Source of the DNA: Gemmatimonadales bacterium
GTDB lineage: Bacteria > Gemmatimonadota > Gemmatimonadetes > Gemmatimonadales > GWC2-71-9
DNA length: 64,000 nt
NCBI GenBank assembly: GCA_041613315.1
Contig: JBFJHJ010000001.1
Coordinates: 32,001 to 96,000 of the forward strand
Direction of reading: 5' to 3'
The position numbers and the translations under genes are program-made. Position 1 is the first letter of the stretch. Every line of letters starts with the position of its first letter. The notes below the pieces were generated by a model, which saw only the letters and a program-made list of their open reading frames with translations, had not been told where the DNA came from and searched no databases. This document shows positions 9,648-18,683 of this stretch, piece after piece.

Positions 9648-10063
9648 GAGCGGTCTCCGAAGCGCGGCGCGTCCGGCCGTGAGGGACGGCGGCCGAGCAC
9701 CGTGGTCCGCGCCGGGGCGACCGGGGCGCTGACGGTGATCGTGATCGCACCGGACTGCAGGGTCTCGACTCGGGCCACGACGCGGCCCGTGCCGGCCGCG
9801 ATGCCGGTGACGACTCCCGTCGTGGACTCCAGCGTGAAGCCCGCCTGCTCGGGCGCATCCAACTGCTCCCACACGATCGCCGCCTCGGGCACCTGGTCCC
9901 CGCGCGCGGTCAGGGCCCGGGCCTCGAGCGTCACGGTTTCGCCCACGACGATCTGGCGGGTCAGGCTGCCGATGATCTCGATCGCCACGATCCGGTCCAG
10001 GTCGCCCCTGAGCACCGTGCACGCCCCGGCGGCCAGGACGGCGATGGCGAGCCGCGGATTCAC
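9644..10063 (-). CDS. Lipoprotein with Ig-like (Big_2-type) domain
   Basis: Lipobox LAAGAC; VGETVTLEA...W...TGVVTGIAAG pattern. Confidence 0.75.
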   Translation of the reverse strand: MNPRLAIAVLAAGACTVLRGDLDRIVAIEIIGSLTRQIVVGETVTLEARALTARGDQVPEAAIVWEQLDAPEQAGFTLESTTGVVTGIAAGTGRVVARVETLQSGAITITVSAPVAPARTTVLGRRPSRPDAPRFGDRS

Positions 10064-10494
10064 CGCGCCTCCTCACGCCTGAGTTGGGTGACCGTGTGGC
10101 GCGCGTGCTCGATCCACTTCGCGGCGTCGGGGCCGCGCGGCGGGCGGTGGAGGAACAGCTTCAGGTGGTGGATCGCCCCGTCCGTCTCCCCACGTTTGAG
10201 CAGGAGGAACGCGAGGCCATAATGCGCGCCCCCCAACTCTCCATCGACGTCGAGCGCCTTCCGGTAATGACGGATCGCCTCGTCGATCTGGTTGGTCTTG
10301 GTGAAGGCGATCGCCATGTTCTGCAGCACCCGCGGGTCGTTCGGATGGTCGCGCAGGGCGAGGCGATACGAGGTCAATGCGGCGTCATAATCGCCCTGGC
10401 GCTCGAGCGCCAGCGCCTCGTTCAAGTAGTCGAGACGCTGAGGCCTGAGGGCCGAGTTGCGGCGGCGGCCGAAGATTCGGTTCCAGAACCCCAT
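10060..10494 (-). CDS. Tetratricopeptide repeat protein
   Basis: Start MGFWNRIF; TPR units GDYDAALTSYRLAL..HP and AIRHYRKAL..D. GTGA overlap downstream. Confidence 0.85.
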   Translation of the reverse strand: MGFWNRIFGRRRNSALRPQRLDYLNEALALERQGDYDAALTSYRLALRDHPNDPRVLQNMAIAFTKTNQIDEAIRHYRKALDVDGELGGAHYGLAFLLLKRGETDGAIHHLKLFLHRPPRGPDAAKWIEHARHTVTQLRREEAR

Positions 10495-10620
10495 CTGGAG
10501 CGGGAAGATACCGACTGTCCCGGCCCGCCCGCCACCCTGGCGCGTCCCCTCACCCCCTCCACGGTCCCGCCGCACGTGCGTCAGTTGTTCTCGCCTGTCC
10601 CCCCGGCTATATCTCAGCGC

Positions 10621-11151
10621 ATGAGCATGCCCTCCGGCGCCGGCACCCATCGTGACGTGCTCGAAGTCGACTGGGCGTTCTTCGGCGAATTGTGTCGTGC
10701 GCTGGCGCTGCGGATCGCCCGGAGCTACGACCCAGAGCTCGTTCTGGGGATCGCCAAAGCCGGCGTGATCCCCGGGGCCGTGGTCGCGTCCATCCTTCAA
10801 CGGGATTTCGCCTCCATGGCGATCACTCGTCCCGACGCGGCCCGGAGACCGACCCTCGTCACCGAGCCGCCCCCAAGCGTCGCGGGCCGGCGCGTACTGA
10901 TCGTGGACGAGACCTGCGATTCGGGTGACACCCTGAAGCTGGCGCTGTCGGCGGTCCGGCGGCGGGGTCCGGCGGAGGTGCGGACCGCGGTGTCGTTCAC
11001 CACGGGGCGCTATCCCGTGGATTTTCACGCCCTTGCGACGGAGAGCTACATCATCCTGCCGTGGGATCGGGAGGTGATTCTGGACGGCGCGCTGCGGATG
11101 AGGCCCGACTACGCCGCGCAGCTCGAGGCGGTCCGGCCACGCGAACCGTAG
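10621..11151 (+). CDS. Type I phosphoribosyltransferase
   Basis: GIAKAG and PRPP loop VLIVDETCDSGDTL; C-terminal IILPWD. Confidence 0.88.
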   Translation: MSMPSGAGTHRDVLEVDWAFFGELCRALALRIARSYDPELVLGIAKAGVIPGAVVASILQRDFASMAITRPDAARRPTLVTEPPPSVAGRRVLIVDETCDSGDTLKLALSAVRRRGPAEVRTAVSFTTGRYPVDFHALATESYIILPWDREVILDGALRMRPDYAAQLEAVRPREP

Positions 11152-11157
11152 CAGCGA

Positions 11158-11715
11158 TCAGCTTCGGAGAATCGCCTCGTAGTCTTGGCCCGCGCTGAGG
11201 GCCTCGTACACCGTGTCCAGCGTGCCGGGCGCACCGGCCACGAACCGGCACTGCCGATCGTTCCGGGACCGGCACTCCACTTCCATGATGGCGACCGTGT
11301 CGCCGCCCGCCACGCGCGTGAGAAAGTCCGCCAACAGTCCTGCCGAGAAATGGCAACTTGGCACCGCGGCGTCGGAACCGGGTTCTGCCTCGGCCCAATC
11401 CGGGGATGACAGGGCGAGCCCCGCGTTTCCCAACTTCTCGAGCGTGAGCGACCCCCAACCCTGTTCCCGGAAGAATGCGGAGAGCGCGTCACCGAGCGCC
11501 GACGCGTCGAGGCCATCCACGTCGGCGACGCCCGCATGGTCGCGAAGCCACCCCGTGAAGCTCAGGTACAGCTCCTCGCCGGCCGCGTAGCCCATCTCAT
11601 GCAAGCAGGCCGCCGCGTGCTCGCCGAGATCGCGCTCGAGGGCGCGGCGCGATGCGTGCAGGGCCTTGTGCCCGATACGAACGAGGCCGTGGTTGGTGTG
11701 GGAGCCTGAGGGCAT
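11158..11715 (-). CDS. Stand-alone V4R-domain protein
   Basis: GWG, CHFSAGLL and EVECRS..CRF motifs. Confidence 0.85.
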   Translation of the reverse strand: MPSGSHTNHGLVRIGHKALHASRRALERDLGEHAAACLHEMGYAAGEELYLSFTGWLRDHAGVADVDGLDASALGDALSAFFREQGWGSLTLEKLGNAGLALSSPDWAEAEPGSDAAVPSCHFSAGLLADFLTRVAGGDTVAIMEVECRSRNDRQCRFVAGAPGTLDTVYEALSAGQDYEAILRS

Positions 11716-11792
11716 GCCCCGCCGGAGGGTTGCGGACGGGCCAAGTTAGGGCGGACGCGTGACGCGGCGCAAGCCCGGGACCGCCGCGCGGC

Positions 11793-12587
11793 TCACTCGC
11801 TCTTCGCTTCCTCCGCCAAGACCGCCATGGTGATCTCCACCAGCCGCTCCAGCTCCTCGGCGGAGCTCCGGGGGAGGTGCCCCTCGGTCCAGGCGCCATC
11901 GCCTCGGGTGTACACTTCGAGCAGGCGACGCAGGTACTGGACGAGGGCCAGGCGTTTGAGCCCGGCGGGAGGATGGCGGCCCGCCGCCACCCCTCGCTGT
12001 CGCATCAGGCGATCGAAGCGGTAGGCGTTGCGCAGGGCCGTGGCGGCGAGACCGGCGACGACACTTACAAAACGGATGTCGGCGTCGGAAAACGCCGGCC
12101 CGTCGCGGAAGGTGCGGAGGAAGATCGCGCCGATCACGGCCGTGCGCCAGCGAATCGGCACGACGGTGATGCTCTTCACCCGTCGGTTCTCGAGCGTGCC
12201 ACGGATGTGCTTGAGCGCCGGATCGTCCTTGGCGTCCGGAATGAACACCGTTTCGCCGGACGCCAAGGCCCGGCGCAACTCCGGGTAGCGCTCGAGATCG
12301 ACCAGGTAGTTCCGGATGGAGGGATCTTCATAGGACGCCACCAAACGGGCGGTGCGAGCGCCGCGTTCCGCTAGGAAGATGGAGCAGCGGTCGAGGCCAA
12401 ATGTCTCGCCGAGCTTGCGCGTGATGGTCTGCAGGATGTCGACGAAATGGAGCGTGCCCGAGATCTCCTGGAGGATCTCGACGACCGCGAGGAGACGCGT
12501 ACGTTCGTGCTCGAGCTCGCGCACCCGCGCTTCCAGCTCCTCGACGGACAACGGCTCGCCGGTCCCATCCCCCATGACGGCTCCCAT
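11793..12587 (-). CDS. Stand-alone GAF-domain protein
   Basis: Coiled coil followed by GAF (DRCSIFL...SITVVPI...IGAIFL...FSDADI). No output domain seen. Confidence 0.85.
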   Translation of the reverse strand: MGAVMGDGTGEPLSVEELEARVRELEHERTRLLAVVEILQEISGTLHFVDILQTITRKLGETFGLDRCSIFLAERGARTARLVASYEDPSIRNYLVDLERYPELRRALASGETVFIPDAKDDPALKHIRGTLENRRVKSITVVPIRWRTAVIGAIFLRTFRDGPAFSDADIRFVSVVAGLAATALRNAYRFDRLMRQRGVAAGRHPPAGLKRLALVQYLRRLLEVYTRGDGAWTEGHLPRSSAEELERLVEITMAVLAEEAKSE

Positions 12588-12728
12588 CAGTGCGTTGACG
12601 CTGAATTCTTGCGGTCTCGACGGAGCACCGTCAAGGCGCTACAATCCACAGAGCGCGCCGTGGCGCGTGATATTCGGCACATCCGAGCCCGGCGGCCCAC
12701 GCCGCGGGGACGTTAGGAGGAGCGGGTC

Positions 12729-13070
12729 ATGGAACGCGAACGGGATATCGATTTGGCGGAGGGCGACGAGCGCGGGGACGAGGAGTCGGCTGACCTGGTC
12801 GATGACAAGCGCGCCGGCTCGATCGCGGCCTTCGTGGGCGGGATGCTCATCGGGGGGCTCGTGGGCGCCGGCGTTGCCTTGCTCCTGGCGCCCGACCGTG
12901 GGGATGTGACGCGCCGGCGTGTGCGCCGCACCTTCACGGATCTCACGGAGGGGGCCCGCGAGCAGTTCGAGGGAGCCCGCGAGCACCTCGATGAGCTGCG
13001 CGACGACGCGCGACGCGAGCTGCGTCGCCAGCGACGCCGGCTGCACCGTCGCCGCAAGAGCCACGCCTAA
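12729..13070 (+). CDS. YtxH-like protein
   Basis: GGLVGAGVALLLAP..G..TR motif; AGGAGG RBS. Confidence 0.85.
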   Translation: MERERDIDLAEGDERGDEESADLVDDKRAGSIAAFVGGMLIGGLVGAGVALLLAPDRGDVTRRRVRRTFTDLTEGAREQFEGAREHLDELRDDARRELRRQRRRLHRRRKSHA

Positions 13071-13094
13071 ACGCGCCGCGCCGTTCAGACGGAG

Positions 13095-13892
13095 CTACGG
13101 CCGGCGGAGACGCTCGAGTAGCTTGACCGCCTCCGCCTTGTAATACGGATCCATGACGTCGCTCGTGGGCGGCAGCGTCGCGGTCGTCTGAAGCTGGCGC
13201 ACCGCGTCGGCGGTTCGGTCCATGTCCACGTAGACCTCCGCCAGCTCGAAGCGATGGAAAAGGTGATGCGGCTCGAGCTCGGCGGCGCGCTCGAGTTGGG
13301 CGGCCGCTGAATCCCACGTGGCCCGGGACATGAAGTCCGCCCCCAGGAGCGTCCGGGCGAAGAACTTCGTGATGCCCGACAGCCGCATGATCTCCGCGTG
13401 CCAGGCACCCAGCACGTGGTGTGCCCCGCCGTGCGCCGGGTCCAACGCGAGCGCCCGCGCGGCTTCATCGTAGATCTCCCTGGCGAACTGCACGCGCTCC
13501 TTGCCGCCGCGCGTCCGGGAGAGCCGCCCCAACGCCTGGGCGAGCTGGAAGTGGCCCTCCGCGCCATCGGGGTTCGCGCGCGTCGCCGCCTCCGCATACA
13601 GGCGCGCCACGTTGTAGAGGCTGTCGCGCAGCTGCCGCCGGCCGTCGTCCAGGATCTGCTTCGCGACGTCGGTCTGCGCGCGCGCGAACTTCCACATGGC
13701 GTCGTACGCGTCCGGGTTCTGCAGGAATGCGGCGCGATACTGCTCGAGCGCCTCGGCAGGCTTCAGCGCCGCGTGGAGACTGTCGCCTAGCCGCATGTGG
13801 GCGTCGAAGGACTGGCCCCGGGCGGCGCCCGCCGGCCAGGCGAGCAGCGACAGGGCGGCGACGAAACGAACGACGCGCATGACGCACTCCAT
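13095..13892 (-). CDS. Secreted TPR-like helical repeat protein
   Basis: Signal peptide and several TPR-like units. Alternative start at 13880. Confidence 0.8.
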   Translation of the reverse strand: MECVMRVVRFVAALSLLAWPAGAARGQSFDAHMRLGDSLHAALKPAEALEQYRAAFLQNPDAYDAMWKFARAQTDVAKQILDDGRRQLRDSLYNVARLYAEAATRANPDGAEGHFQLAQALGRLSRTRGGKERVQFAREIYDEAARALALDPAHGGAHHVLGAWHAEIMRLSGITKFFARTLLGADFMSRATWDSAAAQLERAAELEPHHLFHRFELAEVYVDMDRTADAVRQLQTTATLPPTSDVMDPYYKAEAVKLLERLRRP

Positions 13893-13921
13893 TCGGTGAT
13901 CCTACGGCGAGTGACCGCACA

Positions 13922-15274
13922 ATGTTCGTCATCCCCCTGATCGAGCGCAAGCGCGATGGCGGTGCGTTGACGCCGGACGAATGGTCGACGCTGATCGCGG
14001 CGTACACCGCCGGCCAGGTGCCCGACTACCAGATGGCGGCGCTCCTCATGGCCGCGTTTCATCACGGGCTCACGGCGGACGAGCTCGCCGCGCTCACGGA
14101 CGCCATGAGCCGGTCGGGCGCGCGCCTTGCGTTCGGCGCGGAGATTCCCCCACGGGTGGACAAACACTCGACGGGCGGCGTCGGGGACAAGGTGTCGCTG
14201 CTGCTCGCCCCCCTGGTCGCCTCCTGCGGCGTCGCCGTGCCGATGATGTCCGGGCGTGGCCTGGGGCACACGGGGGGCACGCTCGACAAGCTGGAGGCGA
14301 TCCCGGGCTTCCGCACCGATCTCACCCTCGTGGAGGCGCGTCGGCAGGTGGAGCGGATCGGCTGCGCCATGCTGGGCCAGACCGCGGAGATCGCGCCCGC
14401 CGACCGCAAGTTGTACGCGCTGCGAGACGCGACGGCGACCGTCGAATCGGTCTTCCTGATAGCGGCGAGCATCATGTCGAAGAAACTCGCGGAGGGGCTG
14501 AACGGGCTCGTCCTCGACGTCAAGCGGGGGAGCGGCGCGTTCCTACCGGAGCTGGACGACGGCCTCGCCCTCGCGCGGATGATGATCGAGCTGGGGGAAG
14601 CGCGCGGCTGTCCGACCGTCGCGCTCCTCACGGCGATGGACCGCCCCCTGGGCCACGCCTGTGGGAACGCCCTCGAGACCGAGGAAGCGGTGGTGGGCCT
14701 CCGGGGCGAAGGCCCCCACGACCTGATGGAAGTCGTATACGTCCTGGGCGTCGAGATGCTGCTGCTGGCGGGCGTCGAGCGCGACCGGGGTGAGGCCCGG
14801 CGGACACTCGAGGCGGCCATCGGCGATGGGCGGGCCGCGGACCGGTTCCGCGCGGTCATCGAGGCCCAGGGCGGCAACCCGGCCGTGCTGGACGATCCGG
14901 CGGTGCTCCCCCAGGCGCCGGTGTCGGCGGTGTACGACGCCCCCGCCGCTGGGTACGTGACCCGCGTCGAGCCGCGGACGATCGGTCGGGCGGTGACCGC
15001 CTTGGGCGGCGGTCGCCGCACGATGGACGACACCATCGATCCGGCCGTCGGGTTCGTCATCACCGCCAAACCCGGGACCAGCGTCGAGCGCGGCGCCCCC
15101 CTGGCGACGATCTATGCCCGGGACGCGGACGGGCTCGCCGTCGGCCGCCAGGCCCTGGCGCGCGCGATCGCGATCGCCCCGGCCCCGCCGCAGGATCCCC
15201 TGCCGCTCGTATCGCATCGGGTCACGACGCAGGGGAGCGTGGAGCCGGCGGCGGAACCGCCGCGACGCGGTTAG
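13922..15274 (+). CDS. deoA: Thymidine/pyrimidine-nucleoside phosphorylase
   Basis: DKHSTGGVGDK, SGRGLGHTGGTLDKLE, SIMSKK. Confidence 0.96.
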   Translation: MFVIPLIERKRDGGALTPDEWSTLIAAYTAGQVPDYQMAALLMAAFHHGLTADELAALTDAMSRSGARLAFGAEIPPRVDKHSTGGVGDKVSLLLAPLVASCGVAVPMMSGRGLGHTGGTLDKLEAIPGFRTDLTLVEARRQVERIGCAMLGQTAEIAPADRKLYALRDATATVESVFLIAASIMSKKLAEGLNGLVLDVKRGSGAFLPELDDGLALARMMIELGEARGCPTVALLTAMDRPLGHACGNALETEEAVVGLRGEGPHDLMEVVYVLGVEMLLLAGVERDRGEARRTLEAAIGDGRAADRFRAVIEAQGGNPAVLDDPAVLPQAPVSAVYDAPAAGYVTRVEPRTIGRAVTALGGGRRTMDDTIDPAVGFVITAKPGTSVERGAPLATIYARDADGLAVGRQALARAIAIAPAPPQDPLPLVSHRVTTQGSVEPAAEPPRRG

Positions 15275-15313
15275 CGGGTTGCCGAGAACAGGGAGGCCGT
15301 CGGCAGGGTCCGG

Positions 15314-15538
15314 CTAGCGCTTCGGGGTGCCTGGACCCCAGTCGGCGATCTCATCGGCATCGTCGGGCGACGCGAACGCGTCCGGCCCCCGCACCTCATG
15401 CTCTGCCTCGCCCAGCATCTCCCAATCCGTTTCGTCGTCGGGCTCGTCTGGGGGGGGCCGGCGTCGGCCGACGCCGAGGAACCACATGAGCACGGCGGCG
15501 AGGAGCAGCAGCAGGGCGAGGAGGGATCCGGGGCTCAT
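15314..15538 (-). CDS. Small membrane-anchored hypothetical protein (74 aa)
   Basis: Hydrophobic N-terminus and acidic tail; ATGA overlap with arsC. Confidence 0.6.
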   Translation of the reverse strand: MSPGSLLALLLLLAAVLMWFLGVGRRRPPPDEPDDETDWEMLGEAEHEVRGPDAFASPDDADEIADWGPGTPKR

Positions 15539-15945
15539 GCGGGGTCGGTCGTTCGGCGCCAGAACGCCGCGATACGCGCCGCGAGCTCGTCTCGTACGCG
15601 CCGGAACGCGTCCGGCTCCTCTCCGGGAGGCGCCGCCGCCGGGTCTGGGAGCGGCCACGCCTCACGCCGCGCCCGCGTGAACGCCACGGGACACTCCTCC
15701 TCCGCACACAAGGTGATCACCACGTCGGCGTCGGCCATCGGGATATCATCCAGACCCTTTGAGCGGTGCCCGCTGATGTCGATGCCGACGTCGCGCATCG
15801 CTTGCACCGCGCGGGGATGCAGAACACCGGGTCGGGAACCCGCAGAGTGGATCGTCCAGCCATCCGGCGCGGTCGCGCGCGCCAGGCCCTCGGCGATCTG
15901 ACTGCGGGCGGCGTTGGCGACGCAGAGGAAGACCAGCGACGGCAC
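15535..15945 (-). CDS. arsC: Arsenate reductase, LMW-PTP fold
   Basis: FLCVANAARSQIAE P-loop, SAGS, ITLCAEEECP, WPLPDP. Confidence 0.85.
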   Translation of the reverse strand: MPSLVFLCVANAARSQIAEGLARATAPDGWTIHSAGSRPGVLHPRAVQAMRDVGIDISGHRSKGLDDIPMADADVVITLCAEEECPVAFTRARREAWPLPDPAAAPPGEEPDAFRRVRDELAARIAAFWRRTTDPA

Positions 15946-15962
15946 GGCGGCGTGCGTGAGGA

Positions 15963-16346
15963 TCAGAGCTTGTCGAGGGGGGTGTCCGTGCGCACCAAAA
16001 CCAGGATGGCCGGTTGGGGCACGACCAGGTAGCGCTTTCCCTCGAACGTGATCTCCACCGCGGCCTTGCGGAAGAAGAGGGCGAAGTCGCCGACCCGCGC
16101 CTGCATCGGGACGTAGCGGGGTTCGTGGGTGGCCCCCACCTTCCACGGCTCGTCGTCCAGCTCCGTGGGAGCGGAGGTCGGCGTACCGGGGCCCGTGGCC
16201 ACGATCCGGCCGCTCTGCACAGCCTGCCGGTCGATCGCGGTCGGCGGCAGGTAGAGCCCCACGTTCGTGCGCTCCTCCCCCTCCTCCGGGACCACCAGCA
16301 CGCGGTCGCCGACAACAACGAGCTTTTTCTTCGGAGAATCGGGCAT
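15963..16346 (-). CDS. groES: GroES-like co-chaperonin (orphan)
   Basis: GDRVLV..E..T.VGLYLP, G.IVATGPG, VGD motifs. Confidence 0.85.
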   Translation of the reverse strand: MPDSPKKKLVVVGDRVLVVPEEGEERTNVGLYLPPTAIDRQAVQSGRIVATGPGTPTSAPTELDDEPWKVGATHEPRYVPMQARVGDFALFFRKAAVEITFEGKRYLVVPQPAILVLVRTDTPLDKL

Positions 16347-16365
16347 CTCTAAATGAACCACCGCC

Positions 16366-16505
16366 GTCGGGGGCCGCGCCAGGGCCGGGGGGACGAAGGC
16401 TGGCGCAGCGGGGGCCGCAGGGGCAGGGGCGAGGCCACCGCCCAGCCCGCCCCCAGCTGCCCCTCCGTCCCCTCTTCCCTTGCTGTTCCCTCGACCCCCT
16501 TGCCC
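16366..16505. repeat. Degenerate G-rich/C-rich short-period intergenic repeat
   Basis: G-run half followed by C-run half with about 9-nt period (CCCCTCCGT CCCCTCTTC CCTTGCTGT TCCCTCGAC). Confidence 0.5.
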
Positions 16506-16509
16506 AGGG

Positions 16510-18549
16510 TCAATTCGCTCCCGTGACCCGCTCCGCCGCCGCCTTCGTCAGGTAGCGCTCGAACCAGCTCCGCAGGTAGAGCTGGGTGCGCATGAAGTTC
16601 GAGGGCTTGCTCGACGTGCCGTGCCACTCGTCCGTGAAGCGGATCATCGCGGTGGGCACCTTGAGCACCTTGAGCGCCGAATAGAACTGCTCGGTTTGGG
16701 GCATCGGTGTGCGCAGGTCACGCTCGCCGGTCATGAGCATGGTCGGAGTCTTCACGTTGCCCACGTACATGAGGGGCGAGCGCCGCAGGTGCTCTGACGG
16801 GTCATCCCACGGCAACGACGCGAAATTCCGGTACCACGAGATCCCGTCGGTGGTCCCCACGAACGACAGCCAGTCGGTCACGGGGCAATTCGCCGAGGCG
16901 GCGGCGAAGCGGCCGGTGTGTCCCACGATCCAGGACGTGAGGACGCCGCCGCCGCTGCACCCGTAGACGAAGAGGTTCCGTTCGTCCACGTAGCCACGCG
17001 CCAACACCGTATCCACTCCGGTCATCAGATCGTCGTAGTCTTTGCCGGGATACGCGTTCTTGATGGCGTTCCCGAATGCGCTCCCGTATCCCGAGCTGCC
17101 GCGGGGATTCGTGTACAGCACGACGTACCCGTTGGCCGCGTGCTCCTGCCAACCGAAGTTGAACCCGACGCCGTACATACCGTGCGGCCCACCGTGGATC
17201 GCGAGGATCAGCGGATACATCTTGGACGGGTCGAAGTCCGGCGGTTTCACGATCCACCCCTGGATGCGGTACCCGTCCAGCGAGGTGTACCACAGCTCTT
17301 CCACCTCCCCGAGCCGCCGGCCGGCGAGTACGTCGCCGTTCACGTCGGTCAGGGCGCGGATGGCGGGACGGGTGACCGTGAAGGTCACGATGTCACCCGG
17401 CGCGTGCGGCGCCGTCAGCGTCCCGACGGCTTGTCCCGTTCGCGCGAGGCTTCCGAGGGCGAGCAGATGGGTTCCTTGCGTGACCTGACGCGGCTCGCCG
17501 CCTCGAACGGCGGCGAAGTACACGTTGCTGGTTCCACGGTCGTCCGCCGTGAAGTAGAGCCCCGTGTTGTCCGACGCCCACAGGGGATCCTCGGGCGACC
17601 GGTCGAGGCGCCCGGAGATCTCGCGCGGCTGCGACCCGTCGCGGTTCATCACGTAGAGCCGCGAGGTGATATAGGTGTCGTCCGTCCAGTCGTACCCCGT
17701 ATACGCGACCAGGCGACCATCGGGGGAGACGATCGGGCCGCGGTCGGGTCCCCGGCGGGTGGTGAGCTGGCGGATGGCGCCGCTTCGGACGTCGACCGCG
17801 TAGATCTCCGACTCGCGCCACTGGTACTCGGCGTCCGCGATCCGGAGGCCCGAAAACAGGATCTCGGTGCCGTCCGGCGTCCAGGCGGGATCGTCGTGAT
17901 GCCATGTGCCGTCGGTGAGCTGCCGCGGTGTGCCGGCCGTCGCCGGGACGATGAACACATGGCGCCACCCGCCGTCGGTGTACCCGATGCGATCGCGCCG
18001 GTACGTCGCCCGCGTCACGATCTTGGGGTCCGCCGTCCATTTGGCGCCCTCCGGTCGCGCCGGGAGCTTGATCGGCCAGCGTTCCTCATCGTCGACCAGC
18101 ATGGTGAACGCGAGGTGCTCGCCGTCCGGCGACCACACCACGTCCCCCGGGGAATGGTCGACCCGCGTGATCTGAGTGGTCGCCCCCTCGGCGTCCATCC
18201 AGCGGACGAACAACTGCGTCCCCTTGGGCTCGCCGTCGCGGAGGAACGCGATCCGCGTCCCGTCGGGGGACCAGCGCGCGGAGGCCCCGTCGGTGAGGAA
18301 GCGGTTCCGCCGTCCGTCCGCGTCCATGATCCAGAGGGACGACTCCCAGCGGTCGTTGATCTTGTCGACCCAGCGGCGCGTGTAGATGATCTGCCGGCCG
18401 TCGGGGGAAATCTGGGGGTCGCGGACGCTTTCCCATTCGAGAAAGAGGTCGAGGCTGAGGCGCTCGCTCCGGGTCTGCGCGGTGGCGGGGGTCCCAGCCA
18501 CGGCGAGCAGCGCGATGATCGACACGGGCATGACGCGACGGTCAAACAT
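16510..18549 (-). CDS. S9-family peptidase (beta-propeller plus alpha/beta hydrolase), secreted
   Basis: WSPDG repeats, IHGGPH, GCSGGG nucleophile, DLRTP, WHG. Confidence 0.93.
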   Translation of the reverse strand: MFDRRVMPVSIIALLAVAGTPATAQTRSERLSLDLFLEWESVRDPQISPDGRQIIYTRRWVDKINDRWESSLWIMDADGRRNRFLTDGASARWSPDGTRIAFLRDGEPKGTQLFVRWMDAEGATTQITRVDHSPGDVVWSPDGEHLAFTMLVDDEERWPIKLPARPEGAKWTADPKIVTRATYRRDRIGYTDGGWRHVFIVPATAGTPRQLTDGTWHHDDPAWTPDGTEILFSGLRIADAEYQWRESEIYAVDVRSGAIRQLTTRRGPDRGPIVSPDGRLVAYTGYDWTDDTYITSRLYVMNRDGSQPREISGRLDRSPEDPLWASDNTGLYFTADDRGTSNVYFAAVRGGEPRQVTQGTHLLALGSLARTGQAVGTLTAPHAPGDIVTFTVTRPAIRALTDVNGDVLAGRRLGEVEELWYTSLDGYRIQGWIVKPPDFDPSKMYPLILAIHGGPHGMYGVGFNFGWQEHAANGYVVLYTNPRGSSGYGSAFGNAIKNAYPGKDYDDLMTGVDTVLARGYVDERNLFVYGCSGGGVLTSWIVGHTGRFAAASANCPVTDWLSFVGTTDGISWYRNFASLPWDDPSEHLRRSPLMYVGNVKTPTMLMTGERDLRTPMPQTEQFYSALKVLKVPTAMIRFTDEWHGTSSKPSNFMRTQLYLRSWFERYLTKAAAERVTGAN

Positions 18550-18683
18550 GGATCCCTCCGCATGTGGGCGTGCCTGCCGGATATTGCCGATGGGACCGGG
18601 AGGCGCCAGGGGGTGGTCGGGGAGGTCACCGGCGTCGTGGCCCAAAGATTGACGCCGTCCCGCTGCGCTTCGAACTTGAGCGT

